A DNA stretch of 64,000 nucleotides from Candidatus Eiseniibacteriota bacterium. GTDB lineage: Bacteria > Eisenbacteria > RBG-16-71-46. How positions within the stretch are numbered: position 1 is the stretch's first letter; every line of letters starts with the position of its first letter. Positions 1 to 8,209 of this stretch are shown here, one piece after another. Position numbers and translations under genes: made by a program. The stretch is taken from positions 2,853 through 66,852 of the forward strand of contig JBGPFC010000019.1 of NCBI GenBank assembly GCA_041483195.1, written 5' to 3'. Below the pieces are notes generated by a model that was not told where the DNA came from, did not search any database, and saw nothing but the letters and a program-made list of their open reading frames with translations.

Positions 1-1926
1 CTCAAGAATCCGAAGACCACGATCGCGATCGGGCTCGCGGCGGTGCTCGCCACCGTGCCGATGGCGATGCGCCTCGGCAATGAGTTCATGCCGCCGCTGA
101 ACGAGGGCGACATGCTCTACATGCCGACCACGTTTCCCAACATCTCGATCGAGGAGGCCAAGCGCTACATACAGGTTCAGGACCGGCTGATCCGGACGGT
201 CCCGGAAGTGAAGTCAGTCTTCGGCAAAGCGGGTCGCTCCGAGACCCCGACCGATCCCGCGCCGCTCTCGATGGTCGAGACCGTGGTGCAGCTCAAGCCG
301 CGCGAGCAGTGGCGCATGCTCGATGACAGGCGCTGGTACTCGCGCTGGGCGCCCGGTTGGCTCAAGCCCGTATTCCGGCCGTTCTGGCCCGACCGCCACC
401 GCATCACGTGGCAGGAACTGACCGACGAACTCAACCGCACGGTGCAGATGCCCGGCTGGACCAACGCCTGGACCATGCCGATCAAGACGCGCATCGACAT
501 GCTCTCGACCGGCATCCGCACTCCGATCGGCGTCAAGATCTTCGGCGCCAGCCTCGATACCATCGAGCGCATCGGCATGGGCCTCGAGCGCGCGATCTCG
601 AAGGTGCCGAACACCCGCAGCGTGTATTCCGACCGCAGCACCGGGGGCTTCTACATCGACATCATTCCCAACCGCGAAGCGCTGGCTCGTTACGGCCTGA
701 CGCTCGGGGAGGTGCAGGACGTCATCGAGGCCGCGGTGGGCGGCCAGCCCATCGAGGTGACGATCGAGGGGCGGAATCGCTTCAGCATCAACGTACGTTA
801 TCCGCGCGAGCTGCGGCAGGACATCGAGCACTTGAAGCACGTGCTCGTGCCGCTTCATGGCTCCGCCGGCCGGGCGTCGCCCGGGGGCATGGGCGCCGTT
901 CCGGAGGCAACCCCGGTGCTGCTCGCCTCCGCGGGCGTTTCCGATGCTGGCGACGACTATCTCGCTCAGGCGATGGGTGGCTCGAGTGGAAGCCGAAGCC
1001 CCGGCTCCGGCATGGGCAGTTCGAACTCCGGCGGCAAGATGGGTGGTTCCCCCGGAATGAGCGATGGCGGGCAGGGGAATGTTCTCCCATCCGGTCCCTC
1101 GGGGTCTTCGGGCGTCGGGTTGTGGCCGGAACCCAGCGGCCCGCATGTCCCACTCGGACAGGTCGCCGAGATCCGCGTCGTCACCGGGCCCCCCATGATC
1201 CGCGACGAGGCCGGCATGCTGGTGGGCTACGTCTACGTGGACATGGACGCCGCGAAGAAGGACATCGGCTCGTACGTGGACGAAGCGAAGAAGGCGGTGG
1301 AGAAAGAGGTCAAGCTGCCCGCCGGCTACTTCCTCAAGTGGACCGGGCAATACGAGCTGCTCCAGCAGATGCAGGCGCGGATGCGGTTCCTGGTGCCGTT
1401 GACGCTGGTCATCGTGCTTCTCCTCCTCTACATGAACTTCGGCAACCTGACCGAGGCGCTGATCGTGCTCGCCTCGGTGCCGTTCGCGCTGGTGGGCAGC
1501 ATCTGGCTCATGGCGATTCTGCACTACAACCTGTCCACGGCGGTATGGGTCGGCATCATCGCCCTGGTCGGACTCGCCGCGCAGACCGGCGTGGTAATGG
1601 TCGTGTACTGCGACAGTTCCTATCACAAGTTCAAAGCCCAGGGTCGCATCCGCGATCTCGACGACATCGTCGAGGCCACGCTCGAGGGCTCGGTCCAGCG
1701 CGTGCGGCCCAAGCTGATGACGGTGGCGACCATGATGATCGGTCTCGTGCCGCTGCTGTGGTCGCAGGGCGCGGGCGCCGACGTCATGAAGCGGGTCGCG
1801 GCGCCGATGGTGGGCGGGCTGTTCACGTCGGCCTTCCTGACGCTCGAGATCATCCCGGTCGTCTACACCTACTGGCGCTACGCGCAGCTGCGCCGAGAGC
1901 GGCGCCAGATGCGGGTGGTGGCATGA
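1..1926 (+). CDS. cusA: CusA/CzcA-family heavy-metal efflux RND permease, C-terminal ~640 aa (5' end lies outside the window)
   Basis: The frame is open from nt 1 (LKNPKTTIAIGLAAVLATVPMAMRLGNEFMPPLNEGDMLYMPTT). Periplasmic porter segments and a C-terminal TM bundle (LVPLLWSQGAGADVMKRVAAPMVGG) are typical of CusA. It carries an unusual Gly/Ser/Met-rich insert at nt ~859-1143. Confidence 0.85.
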   Translation, partial: LKNPKTTIAIGLAAVLATVPMAMRLGNEFMPPLNEGDMLYMPTTFPNISIEEAKRYIQVQDRLIRTVPEVKSVFGKAGRSETPTDPAPLSMVETVVQLKPREQWRMLDDRRWYSRWAPGWLKPVFRPFWPDRHRITWQELTDELNRTVQMPGWTNAWTMPIKTRIDMLSTGIRTPIGVKIFGASLDTIERIGMGLERAISKVPNTRSVYSDRSTGGFYIDIIPNREALARYGLTLGEVQDVIEAAVGGQPIEVTIEGRNRFSINVRYPRELRQDIEHLKHVLVPLHGSAGRASPGGMGAVPEATPVLLASAGVSDAGDDYLAQAMGGSSGSRSPGSGMGSSNSGGKMGGSPGMSDGGQGNVLPSGPSGSSGVGLWPEPSGPHVPLGQVAEIRVVTGPPMIRDEAGMLVGYVYVDMDAAKKDIGSYVDEAKKAVEKEVKLPAGYFLKWTGQYELLQQMQARMRFLVPLTLVIVLLLLYMNFGNLTEALIVLASVPFALVGSIWLMAILHYNLSTAVWVGIIALVGLAAQTGVVMVVYCDSSYHKFKAQGRIRDLDDIVEATLEGSVQRVRPKLMTVATMMIGLVPLLWSQGAGADVMKRVAAPMVGGLFTSAFLTLEIIPVVYTYWRYAQLRRERRQMRVVA

Positions 1927-2762
1927 ACGCCGCGACGCAGACTTGCTCGCCCCCCAGGGCGAACCAAAACCAGCAGGGACAGGCGGCGGCGTGCGGAGGG
2001 CGTCCCCCGTTCCTCGGCGCCTCCGTCCTGGCCCTGCTGGGAGTCGCACTGCTCGTGATCGCGGGGCCACGTCATGCGCGAGCGGGAGTTTCGGGCAGCG
2101 AAGCCTCGCCCGACACCACCGGCATGGCGCTGGTCGAGTGGGTATATGACTCGTGGACCGTCCCATGGGTCCAGGTCGCCGGTGCCTCGCCGATGCTGGC
2201 CCCGGCGTCGCACGCCACGCTGATGGTGCTGGCGTGCGCGAGCGCGAATCTCGAACGTGATCGGCTGGCCCGGCACCTGAGTCGCGAGGAATGCGAGCAT
2301 CGCATGGGGGCGATCCGCGCGGATCAGGACACCGCGCTCATCTTCCGCCTCGATCTGCGGACCTTCAGCTTCCCCGGTTCGGCCGGCCTCGCCCGGCTCG
2401 ATACGCGGACGACGCTGACTCTCGAGGACGACCGCGGGCGCCAATGGTCGCCGATCGATGTGCGCCGGGGTCCCGCCGTTCCCGCAGCCACCGGAGGCAA
2501 GCTCAGGCGGATCTACTACCACCCGCCGTGGTTGCGTGGGGCGCAGCACCTGAACCCCTACCAGTACGACGTGGGGCCGGGGCGCGATCTGACCATCGCC
2601 GAGCATCTCGTCCGGTTCGCCCGGCATGACTCGCGCTCGGGCGAGCCGGTCGTCAGCAGCCGGACGCGGTGGCTCCGCTTGCGATTGAGCGCACCGGGTT
2701 ATGCGTGGGTATCGACGTGGACGTTTCGCCAGCCCGGGGACGATGAGCCAGGACGCGATTGA
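1923..2762 (+). CDS. hypothetical exported protein, translationally coupled to cusA
   Basis: The ATG at 1923 overlaps the cusA stop (ATGA). There is an N-terminal hydrophobic segment (FLGASVLALLGVALLVIAG). I recognise no family. The part of the 801-aa ORF upstream of 1923 is out-of-frame overlap with cusA. Confidence 0.5.
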   Translation: MNAATQTCSPPRANQNQQGQAAACGGRPPFLGASVLALLGVALLVIAGPRHARAGVSGSEASPDTTGMALVEWVYDSWTVPWVQVAGASPMLAPASHATLMVLACASANLERDRLARHLSREECEHRMGAIRADQDTALIFRLDLRTFSFPGSAGLARLDTRTTLTLEDDRGRQWSPIDVRRGPAVPAATGGKLRRIYYHPPWLRGAQHLNPYQYDVGPGRDLTIAEHLVRFARHDSRSGEPVVSSRTRWLRLRLSAPGYAWVSTWTFRQPGDDEPGRD

Positions 2763-2807
2763 ACGACGATGGGCGGACGAAGCCAACTCTCGAAGGAGAA
2801 ATCGGAG

Positions 2808-3299
2808 ATGAGAATCCGAAGATTGCTACTCGCCGTTCTCTGTACCTCGTGGGGGCTCGCCGCGATCCTGGCGGCGCCCCATCCCGCAGCGGCCCAGTGC
2901 ACGATGAGGGGCGGCGGCGGCCACGACCACTCGGCGATGGACGGGCAGGCCGCCAGGAAGCATTCGGCATCCGAGAGGAAGCTGCAGCAGAGCATCGATC
3001 GCCTGCTCTCGGACGACCGGGGGCGCACGATGCTCGCCGATGCGCTTCTGAGTGATCGCGCGTTCATGGAGAGCTTCATCCGGCGCATCGGGACGATTCC
3101 GGAGTGGAGGTCGCCGGCGGCGGGGCAGTTCACGCCCGCACCCCGGGGCGACTCCCTCGAGGCCGCCGCGCCCGAGGCTTACGATGAGGCCGCCGCGATA
3201 TTTGTCTGCCCGATGCACCGTGATGTGACGTCGTCGAAGCCCGGCGAATGCCCCAAATGCGGAATGCAGCTCGTGCGATCTCCGTCCAATCACAAGTGA
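2808..3299 (+). CDS. periplasmic protein with a C-terminal heavy-metal-binding domain (YHS/HMBD type)
   Basis: GGAG RBS 5 nt upstream of the ATG at 2808. Signal peptide MRIRRLLLAVLCTSWGLAAILA. His/Met-rich stretch GGGGHDHSAMDG. C-terminal FVCPMHRDVTSSKPGECPKCGMQLV matches the CPMH...CPKCGM metal-binding motif found in CusB/copper-resistance proteins. Confidence 0.7.
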   Translation: MRIRRLLLAVLCTSWGLAAILAAPHPAAAQCTMRGGGGHDHSAMDGQAARKHSASERKLQQSIDRLLSDDRGRTMLADALLSDRAFMESFIRRIGTIPEWRSPAAGQFTPAPRGDSLEAAAPEAYDEAAAIFVCPMHRDVTSSKPGECPKCGMQLVRSPSNHK

Positions 3300-3370
3300 C
3301 GGGTCGGCCGAGCGAGTGTCGCCCATGCGTCATGCCTGAGCAGCCTCGCTGCAACGAAGAGGAGGAGATC

Positions 3371-3718
3371 ATGAAGCCCACGATCGTTTCGCTCGTACTG
3401 CTCGCCCTGCTGGGGACCGGCACCGCCGCTTCGGCGGCCAGCCCCGGGGGGACGGAGCGGCGCATCCCGGTCACGGTCACCTCGAAGGGATTCGAACCGG
3501 CCTCGATCCCGGTGAGGGTGGGTCAGCCCGTGGTGCTCGTCGTGACCCGGACGACCGACCGCACCTGCGCGAAGGAGTTCGTGATTGCGGATCGGAAGAT
3601 CAGAAAGGCGCTGCCCCTCAACCGTGCCGTCGAGATTCGCTTCGTCGCGGAGAAGCCGGGCACCGTGCGCTTCGCATGTGGCATGGACATGGTCGCGGGC
3701 AAGCTCGTGGTGGAGTGA
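3371..3718 (+). CDS. small exported cupredoxin-like (EfeO-N/cupredoxin_1-like) protein
   Basis: GGAGGAG RBS before the ATG at 3371. Signal peptide MKPTIVSLVLLALLGTGTAASA. Beta-sandwich-like VTVTSKGFEPASIPVRVGQPVVLVVTR...FACGMDMVAGKLVV. Confidence 0.6.
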   Translation: MKPTIVSLVLLALLGTGTAASAASPGGTERRIPVTVTSKGFEPASIPVRVGQPVVLVVTRTTDRTCAKEFVIADRKIRKALPLNRAVEIRFVAEKPGTVRFACGMDMVAGKLVVE

Positions 3719-4860
3719 TGACCCGCGGGGCGGCTGAGATCGCGGCACCGCCCGATCGCACCCCACCGCTGGGGCGCCTTGAGCGGCGCAGATTTCAAGT
3801 GCTCGTACTCTGTGCGGTCGCGGTCGCCGTGCTGCTGTTCCTGCATTACACGGCCGCGCTTCACCGGCTCGGGGTTCACGACGCGCTCCGGCGCCTGTTC
3901 TACCTGCCCGTCATCGTCGCGGCCATCGCGGCAGGCAGCCGCGGCGGTCTCTCGATCGCCGGATTCGCGGTGCTGGGATTCCTGCCTCACCTGCGACAGC
4001 TTGCCCGGACGGATGACCGCGTGTTGGATTCGGTCTTCGAGCTGGTCCTCCTCCTCGTCGTAGGGGCACTGGTGGGTGCGTACGCGGACGCGAGCCGCCG
4101 CGCCCGTGCGCAAGCTGCTGAATCGGGCCGGCTCGCCGCGCTCGGGGAAACGGGCCTCGCGTTGATGGCGCAGACGGAGGGTCCGCTGGCGGCCATCGAG
4201 GGCCAGGCCGAATCCCTGACCGCGATCATGGACCCGGTGCGCAATAGTGCGGTCACGTTCGCGGCCCGCGTCATCCGCGAGGAGGCGGCGAGAGCGCGGC
4301 AGTTGCTCAGCGATCTGGGTGAGATCGCAAGAGTCTCGGAGCATCACGCGGATCGCATCGACCTGGCCCCGCTCGTTGTTGGCGTCGTCAAGGACGTGGC
4401 GCATGCCCGACGCGACGGCCGGCGCGTCGTCCTGATTCCCTCCGCCAGGGCTTCCCGCATCGAGGCGGACCGCCGAGCCCTGGCCTTCTCGCTGCGAACG
4501 CTGCTCTTCGGCCTGCTCGACACCATTCCGCCACCGGGATGGTTGGAGGTGCGCCTGGCGGAACGTTCCCCCGGTGAAGCCGTGATCGAACTCGGAATCT
4601 TCTCGACGGGCGAGGCGCTGCCGGACATGGAAGAGAGCCTGACTCGCGTGTTCGGGGCCCGCGTCGGGGAGTATCGATTCCGGCAGGTGCTTTGCGTCCG
4701 TCTGCTCGGCTCGCTCGGGGCCACCGTGCGTTTCGATTCGATCTCACCGCGTCATGCGCGAATCCTCGTCGGCTTCCGGGAGGTGCCGGCGAAGGCCGCG
4801 AACGGTCATCCGGTGAGCCATCCGGAGCCGAGCCGTGTCCGACAGGGAGCGGGCGGGTGA
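3718..4860 (+). CDS. membrane-bound degenerate histidine-kinase-like protein (phospho-acceptor His replaced by Gln)
   Basis: The start overlaps the previous stop (GTGATGA). About four N-terminal TM helices. The DHp-like segment RLAALGETGLALMAQTEGPL aligns to the usual RLAALGE..AGVAHEIRNPL, but with Q152 (CAG at 4171-4173) in place of His. The N/G1/G2 ATP-binding boxes are not recognisable. Confidence 0.55.
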   Translation: MTRGAAEIAAPPDRTPPLGRLERRRFQVLVLCAVAVAVLLFLHYTAALHRLGVHDALRRLFYLPVIVAAIAAGSRGGLSIAGFAVLGFLPHLRQLARTDDRVLDSVFELVLLLVVGALVGAYADASRRARAQAAESGRLAALGETGLALMAQTEGPLAAIEGQAESLTAIMDPVRNSAVTFAARVIREEAARARQLLSDLGEIARVSEHHADRIDLAPLVVGVVKDVAHARRDGRRVVLIPSARASRIEADRRALAFSLRTLLFGLLDTIPPPGWLEVRLAERSPGEAVIELGIFSTGEALPDMEESLTRVFGARVGEYRFRQVLCVRLLGSLGATVRFDSISPRHARILVGFREVPAKAANGHPVSHPEPSRVRQGAGG

Positions 4861-4878
4861 GGATGGAAGGAGGATGCG

Positions 4879-5871
4879 ATGAGCCTCTTACGAAAGGATC
4901 CGAGCACCGGGCGTTGGGTCGTGTTCGAAGACGGAACACGGGAGCCCCGCCCCGAGGTGACGGCGTGTCCATTCTGTAGCGGGAATGAAGCGATGACTCC
5001 GCCGGAGATCGCGGCATGGGGGCCGACCGGGAGGCAGGCCAACCAGCCCGGGTGGCAGGTTCGCGTCGTCGCGAATGTTCGGCCCGCGCTGAGGATCGAG
5101 GAGCCGCTGACTCGCAAGGCCGAGCGCATGTACGACGCAGCTTCGGGTACGGGCGCTCACGAGATCGTCATCGAGACTCCCGAGCACCGCGACAGCCTCT
5201 CGGCGCTGCCCAGTGAACACGTCGCGCTCGTGCTCTCGGCCTGGGCGGAGCGCATCCGGGACTTGAAACGGGACCATCGCATTCGTTCGGTCTTCGTTTT
5301 CAAGAACCAGGGCCTGATGGCCGGGGCGGCGATCCCGGGGCACGCGCACTCGCAAGTCATCGGATTGCCTGTCATCCCGAAAGCGCTCAAGGAGATGCTC
5401 AACGGCGCGCGCGCGCATTATCGCCTCAAGGAACGCTGCGTGTTCTGCGACATCCTCCGAGAGGAACTCGAGATGGATCGCCGCGTGATCCGGACCTCGG
5501 AACGATTCGTGGCGATCGCGCCATACGCTTCACGACATCCCTACGAGTGCTGGATTCTGCCACGGGAACATTCGCCTGACTTCGAAACGTCCGACCCGGC
5601 TGCGTTCTCGGACCTCGCGGCATTGCTGAAGGGACTCCTCCAGCGACTGGAGGCGACCCTTCCCGAGCCGGCGTACAACCTGTTCCTCTACAGCGGCCCA
5701 GGCCGCGACCGCCGCCCCGGTTATTGGAGCACTCTCGACCAGGACTTTCATTGGCACATCGCAATTCTTCCGCGTCTCACCGAGGTCGCCGGCTTCGAGG
5801 TCGGCACCGGGTTCTACGCCAACTCGGTGACCCCGGAAGTCGCGGCGGCGGCTCTGCGGGAGCGCCAGTGA
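4879..5871 (+). CDS. galT: galactose-1-phosphate uridylyltransferase family (GalT/HIT class) nucleotidyltransferase
   Basis: N-terminal zinc motif ACPFCSGNE, catalytic HxHxQ (GHAHSQVIGLP), length 330 aa. Confidence 0.8.
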   Translation: MSLLRKDPSTGRWVVFEDGTREPRPEVTACPFCSGNEAMTPPEIAAWGPTGRQANQPGWQVRVVANVRPALRIEEPLTRKAERMYDAASGTGAHEIVIETPEHRDSLSALPSEHVALVLSAWAERIRDLKRDHRIRSVFVFKNQGLMAGAAIPGHAHSQVIGLPVIPKALKEMLNGARAHYRLKERCVFCDILREELEMDRRVIRTSERFVAIAPYASRHPYECWILPREHSPDFETSDPAAFSDLAALLKGLLQRLEATLPEPAYNLFLYSGPGRDRRPGYWSTLDQDFHWHIAILPRLTEVAGFEVGTGFYANSVTPEVAAAALRERQ

Positions 5872-6011
5872 GAAGCAGAGCGCGCGCAACTGGCGCTGCG
5901 ATCATGCTCGCGTTAAGGTGCGCGCCGTGCAATAAGGCCGCGCCCGATCGAGGCCCGGCGGACCCGGGCCGAGCAGGGCGCAGAACCCGACGATCGAGGA
6001 GCGTGCCCTCC

Positions 6012-6785
6012 ATGAGATCCATGATTCGCGCCGCCGTACCGATGGTGCTGGGCGCCGGGCTGTTCGCGCTCCCGCTGTTCGCGAAGAACGCGGCGCCCCC
6101 GGACAGCGTCGAGCCGAAGCTCAATCCGCAGCAGGAACGGGGCGCGCGCGCGTTCCTCGCGTACTGCGCGTTGTGCCACGGCAACAACGGCTCGGGCGAT
6201 GGTCCGCTCGCGGCGCAGCTCGGCAAGCGGACCGGCGCGCCGCCGGTCCACCTCGACGATGCCTCGCGGATCGACCGGCTGGGACGCGCGGGGGTGCGCA
6301 CCGTGGTGACGCAGGGTGGGGGCCACACCGGGCGCTCCAACCTGATGCCGACGTGGGGGGAGCGCCTTTCGCCGGCCGTGGTGTCGGACATCGTCGAATA
6401 CGTGATGGTGCTGCCGCGGCTCAGCCCGTCGGTTCCACCGGCGACCGTCGCGAAGTATCTGAACGCCCCGCCCGGAAGCGCGCAGGCCGGGCGCGAGCAC
6501 TTCGTGCACTTCTGCTCGGGGTGCCACGGACCCCAGGGCCGCGGCGACGGATTCAACGCGGACTCGCTGTACGCGCGCAACCGCATCCGGCCGCGCAATC
6601 TCACGGACTCGACGTACTTCGCGCAGAAGACCGACGCGGTGCTCTACGAGACCATCGCGCTCGGCGGCGGACACATGGGGAAGTCGATGTACATGCCGGG
6701 CTGGACCTACCGCCTCTCGCCCGGGCAGATCAAGGATCTGGTGAGCTACGTGCGCGCCATCTCGCACACCGCCCCGCAGCCCTAG
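6012..6785 (+). CDS. periplasmic diheme c-type cytochrome (paralog of 25895-26650)
   Basis: Signal peptide MRSMIRAAVPMVLGAGLFALPLFA. Two CxxCH motifs (CALCH, CSGCH), each followed by a GGGHxG(R/K)S..MP.W motif. Clearly homologous to the product of 25895-26650. Confidence 0.8.
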   Translation: MRSMIRAAVPMVLGAGLFALPLFAKNAAPPDSVEPKLNPQQERGARAFLAYCALCHGNNGSGDGPLAAQLGKRTGAPPVHLDDASRIDRLGRAGVRTVVTQGGGHTGRSNLMPTWGERLSPAVVSDIVEYVMVLPRLSPSVPPATVAKYLNAPPGSAQAGREHFVHFCSGCHGPQGRGDGFNADSLYARNRIRPRNLTDSTYFAQKTDAVLYETIALGGGHMGKSMYMPGWTYRLSPGQIKDLVSYVRAISHTAPQP

Positions 6786-6845
6786 TCGCGGCGCGGGCGC
6801 CGGGCGCGTGATGCCTCCCGGCTCGATCGTCGCGCGCCTCGAGAC

Positions 6846-7256
6846 TCAGGCGGTGTGCCGCGCCCGTCTGCCGAGCGCGGCGTGGACGGCGTCCAGGATC
6901 TCTTCGGGCTCAGCTGGCTGCACGGCGTAGTAGACCGGACGCAGCTCCCGCACCACGCGCTCCTGATTGAGCGAGCCCGCGCACGCAATCAACACCAGCG
7001 GGACCTCGGGCGCCACGCGCTTCAGCAGCTGGAGCACCGCGAGATCCGACGGGCACTGTGCGCGCAACTCGTACACCACGACCTCGGGCCGGCGGCGAAC
7101 GACCTCCTCGATCACCGACTCGACCGCGGGACAGCAGTGCAGCTCGAACTCGGGCGGGATGAGCGCGGCGCGCAGCGTGCTCGCGGTGGAACGGTCGCAT
7201 GCGCACAGCACGAGGCGCGGCGCGGAGCGATCGTGGCGGATGGCGGGAGACGTCAT
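6846..7256 (-). CDS. stand-alone pseudo-receiver (CheY-like fold; Asp-to-Glu at the phospho-acceptor, Lys-to-Arg at beta5)
   Basis: ATG at 7256 (MTSPAIRHDRSAPRLVLCACDRS...). The beta3 strand reads VVVYELRAQ instead of ...D...; beta4 is LVLIACAG; beta5 is LRPVYY instead of KP. Paralog of 29613-30113. Confidence 0.6.
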   Translation of the reverse strand: MTSPAIRHDRSAPRLVLCACDRSTASTLRAALIPPEFELHCCPAVESVIEEVVRRRPEVVVYELRAQCPSDLAVLQLLKRVAPEVPLVLIACAGSLNQERVVRELRPVYYAVQPAEPEEILDAVHAALGRRARHTA

Positions 7257-7874
7257 GGCGCGTTCCCGGGGAAGCGGCCCGCAGGGCGCGGGCGGCGGCA
7301 ATAAATGAGGCGAGGCGTCACGTTCAAGACCCCCCACGGCGGAGAAGGATGCGTTCGCCCTTCCCGCCAAGTCACCCGTGACTACCTCGCCCCGACCGCA
7401 ACCGGGGATCCTCCCCGGCAATCACTGATGGGTGGGTGCGACCTTCACCCTGACCGTCCGGCGTCTCGCGAGCGCCTGGACGGCCCCCTCGATGTCCCGG
7501 TGACGGAGCACCCACCACTTCCGTTCGCGATTCGTACTGCAACGCGCGTGCCTGCCGGTGGGAGGCCCCGCGTTCGGCCGCAATCCGTTGCGCCTCAACG
7601 CCGCGAGGCGTGTGGGCGGTGGGCGTCGCGCGGTCTGCCTGCCGCCAGACCTGACAGGTTGGACGGTGAAACATGTAGTCGTGTCAGCCACGACCGACGA
7701 GGCGGGGCATTCCGCGCCCGCGCGCGGCGGGCGCGGCTGTTCCCGGCGGGTCGCGCGCGCGGCCGGGCCGGCCTCCGCCAAAGTGTCATCGCGCTGACGC
7801 GATGGCATGAACTGAAGTAGACCTGCGGGGGACCGCTCCGGGGCCGCGACGCCGCGCCCGGGGCTAAGCGTTAG

Positions 7875-7904
7875 TTGATAGTCAACTTGTGGCGGTCGTA
7901 TGGT
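7875..7904 (+). promoter_or_regulatory. candidate sigma70-type promoter for the mtrA operon (TTGATA-N18-TATGGT), overlapped by the palindrome AGTTGA-TAG-TCAACT (7873-7887)
   Basis: Read directly in an AT-richer patch of the 950-bp intergenic region, about 300 nt upstream of the mtrA ATG. Hexamers score 5/6 and 4/6. Confidence 0.3.
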
Positions 7905-8209
7905 GCAGGCTGAAGTCGAAGGGCGACGGCGCGCATGTTGCAGTCAACCCCTGCTGACAGGTGTCGGTTTCTCGAACGACACACCCGCATCGCGCGCGAA
8001 CGGAAGGCTCCTCACGCGTCGCCCGCACATCGGCGCTCATCATCGAGAAGTCGCTCCTGCTGATCGCAACGTTACGGGTTCACCCGGGGAACGTGGCCCG
8101 ATGCTCGTGCCCCCCCGGCGTCGGATGAGCACCAAGCCGAAGATTCACTCGCCCGAGGCCACACGCATGGCGGAAGGATCCGCGGCCGGCCCGAGGATGG
8201 AGGACCGCA

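Noticed and set aside
214-2166. 650-aa minus-strand ORF antisense to cusA, and the 357-1922 part of the 801-aa plus-strand ORF
   Set aside because: Arg/His/Asp/Pro-rich translation with no motifs. These are typical shadow ORFs of a 70%-GC gene whose in-frame product (CusA) is unmistakable. Only the 1923-2762 part of the plus-strand ORF was kept.
7801-7820. TGGCATGAACTGAAG upstream of mtrA as a possible sigma54 promoter
   Set aside because: A -24-like TGGCAT is present, but there is no GC dinucleotide at the -12 spacing.
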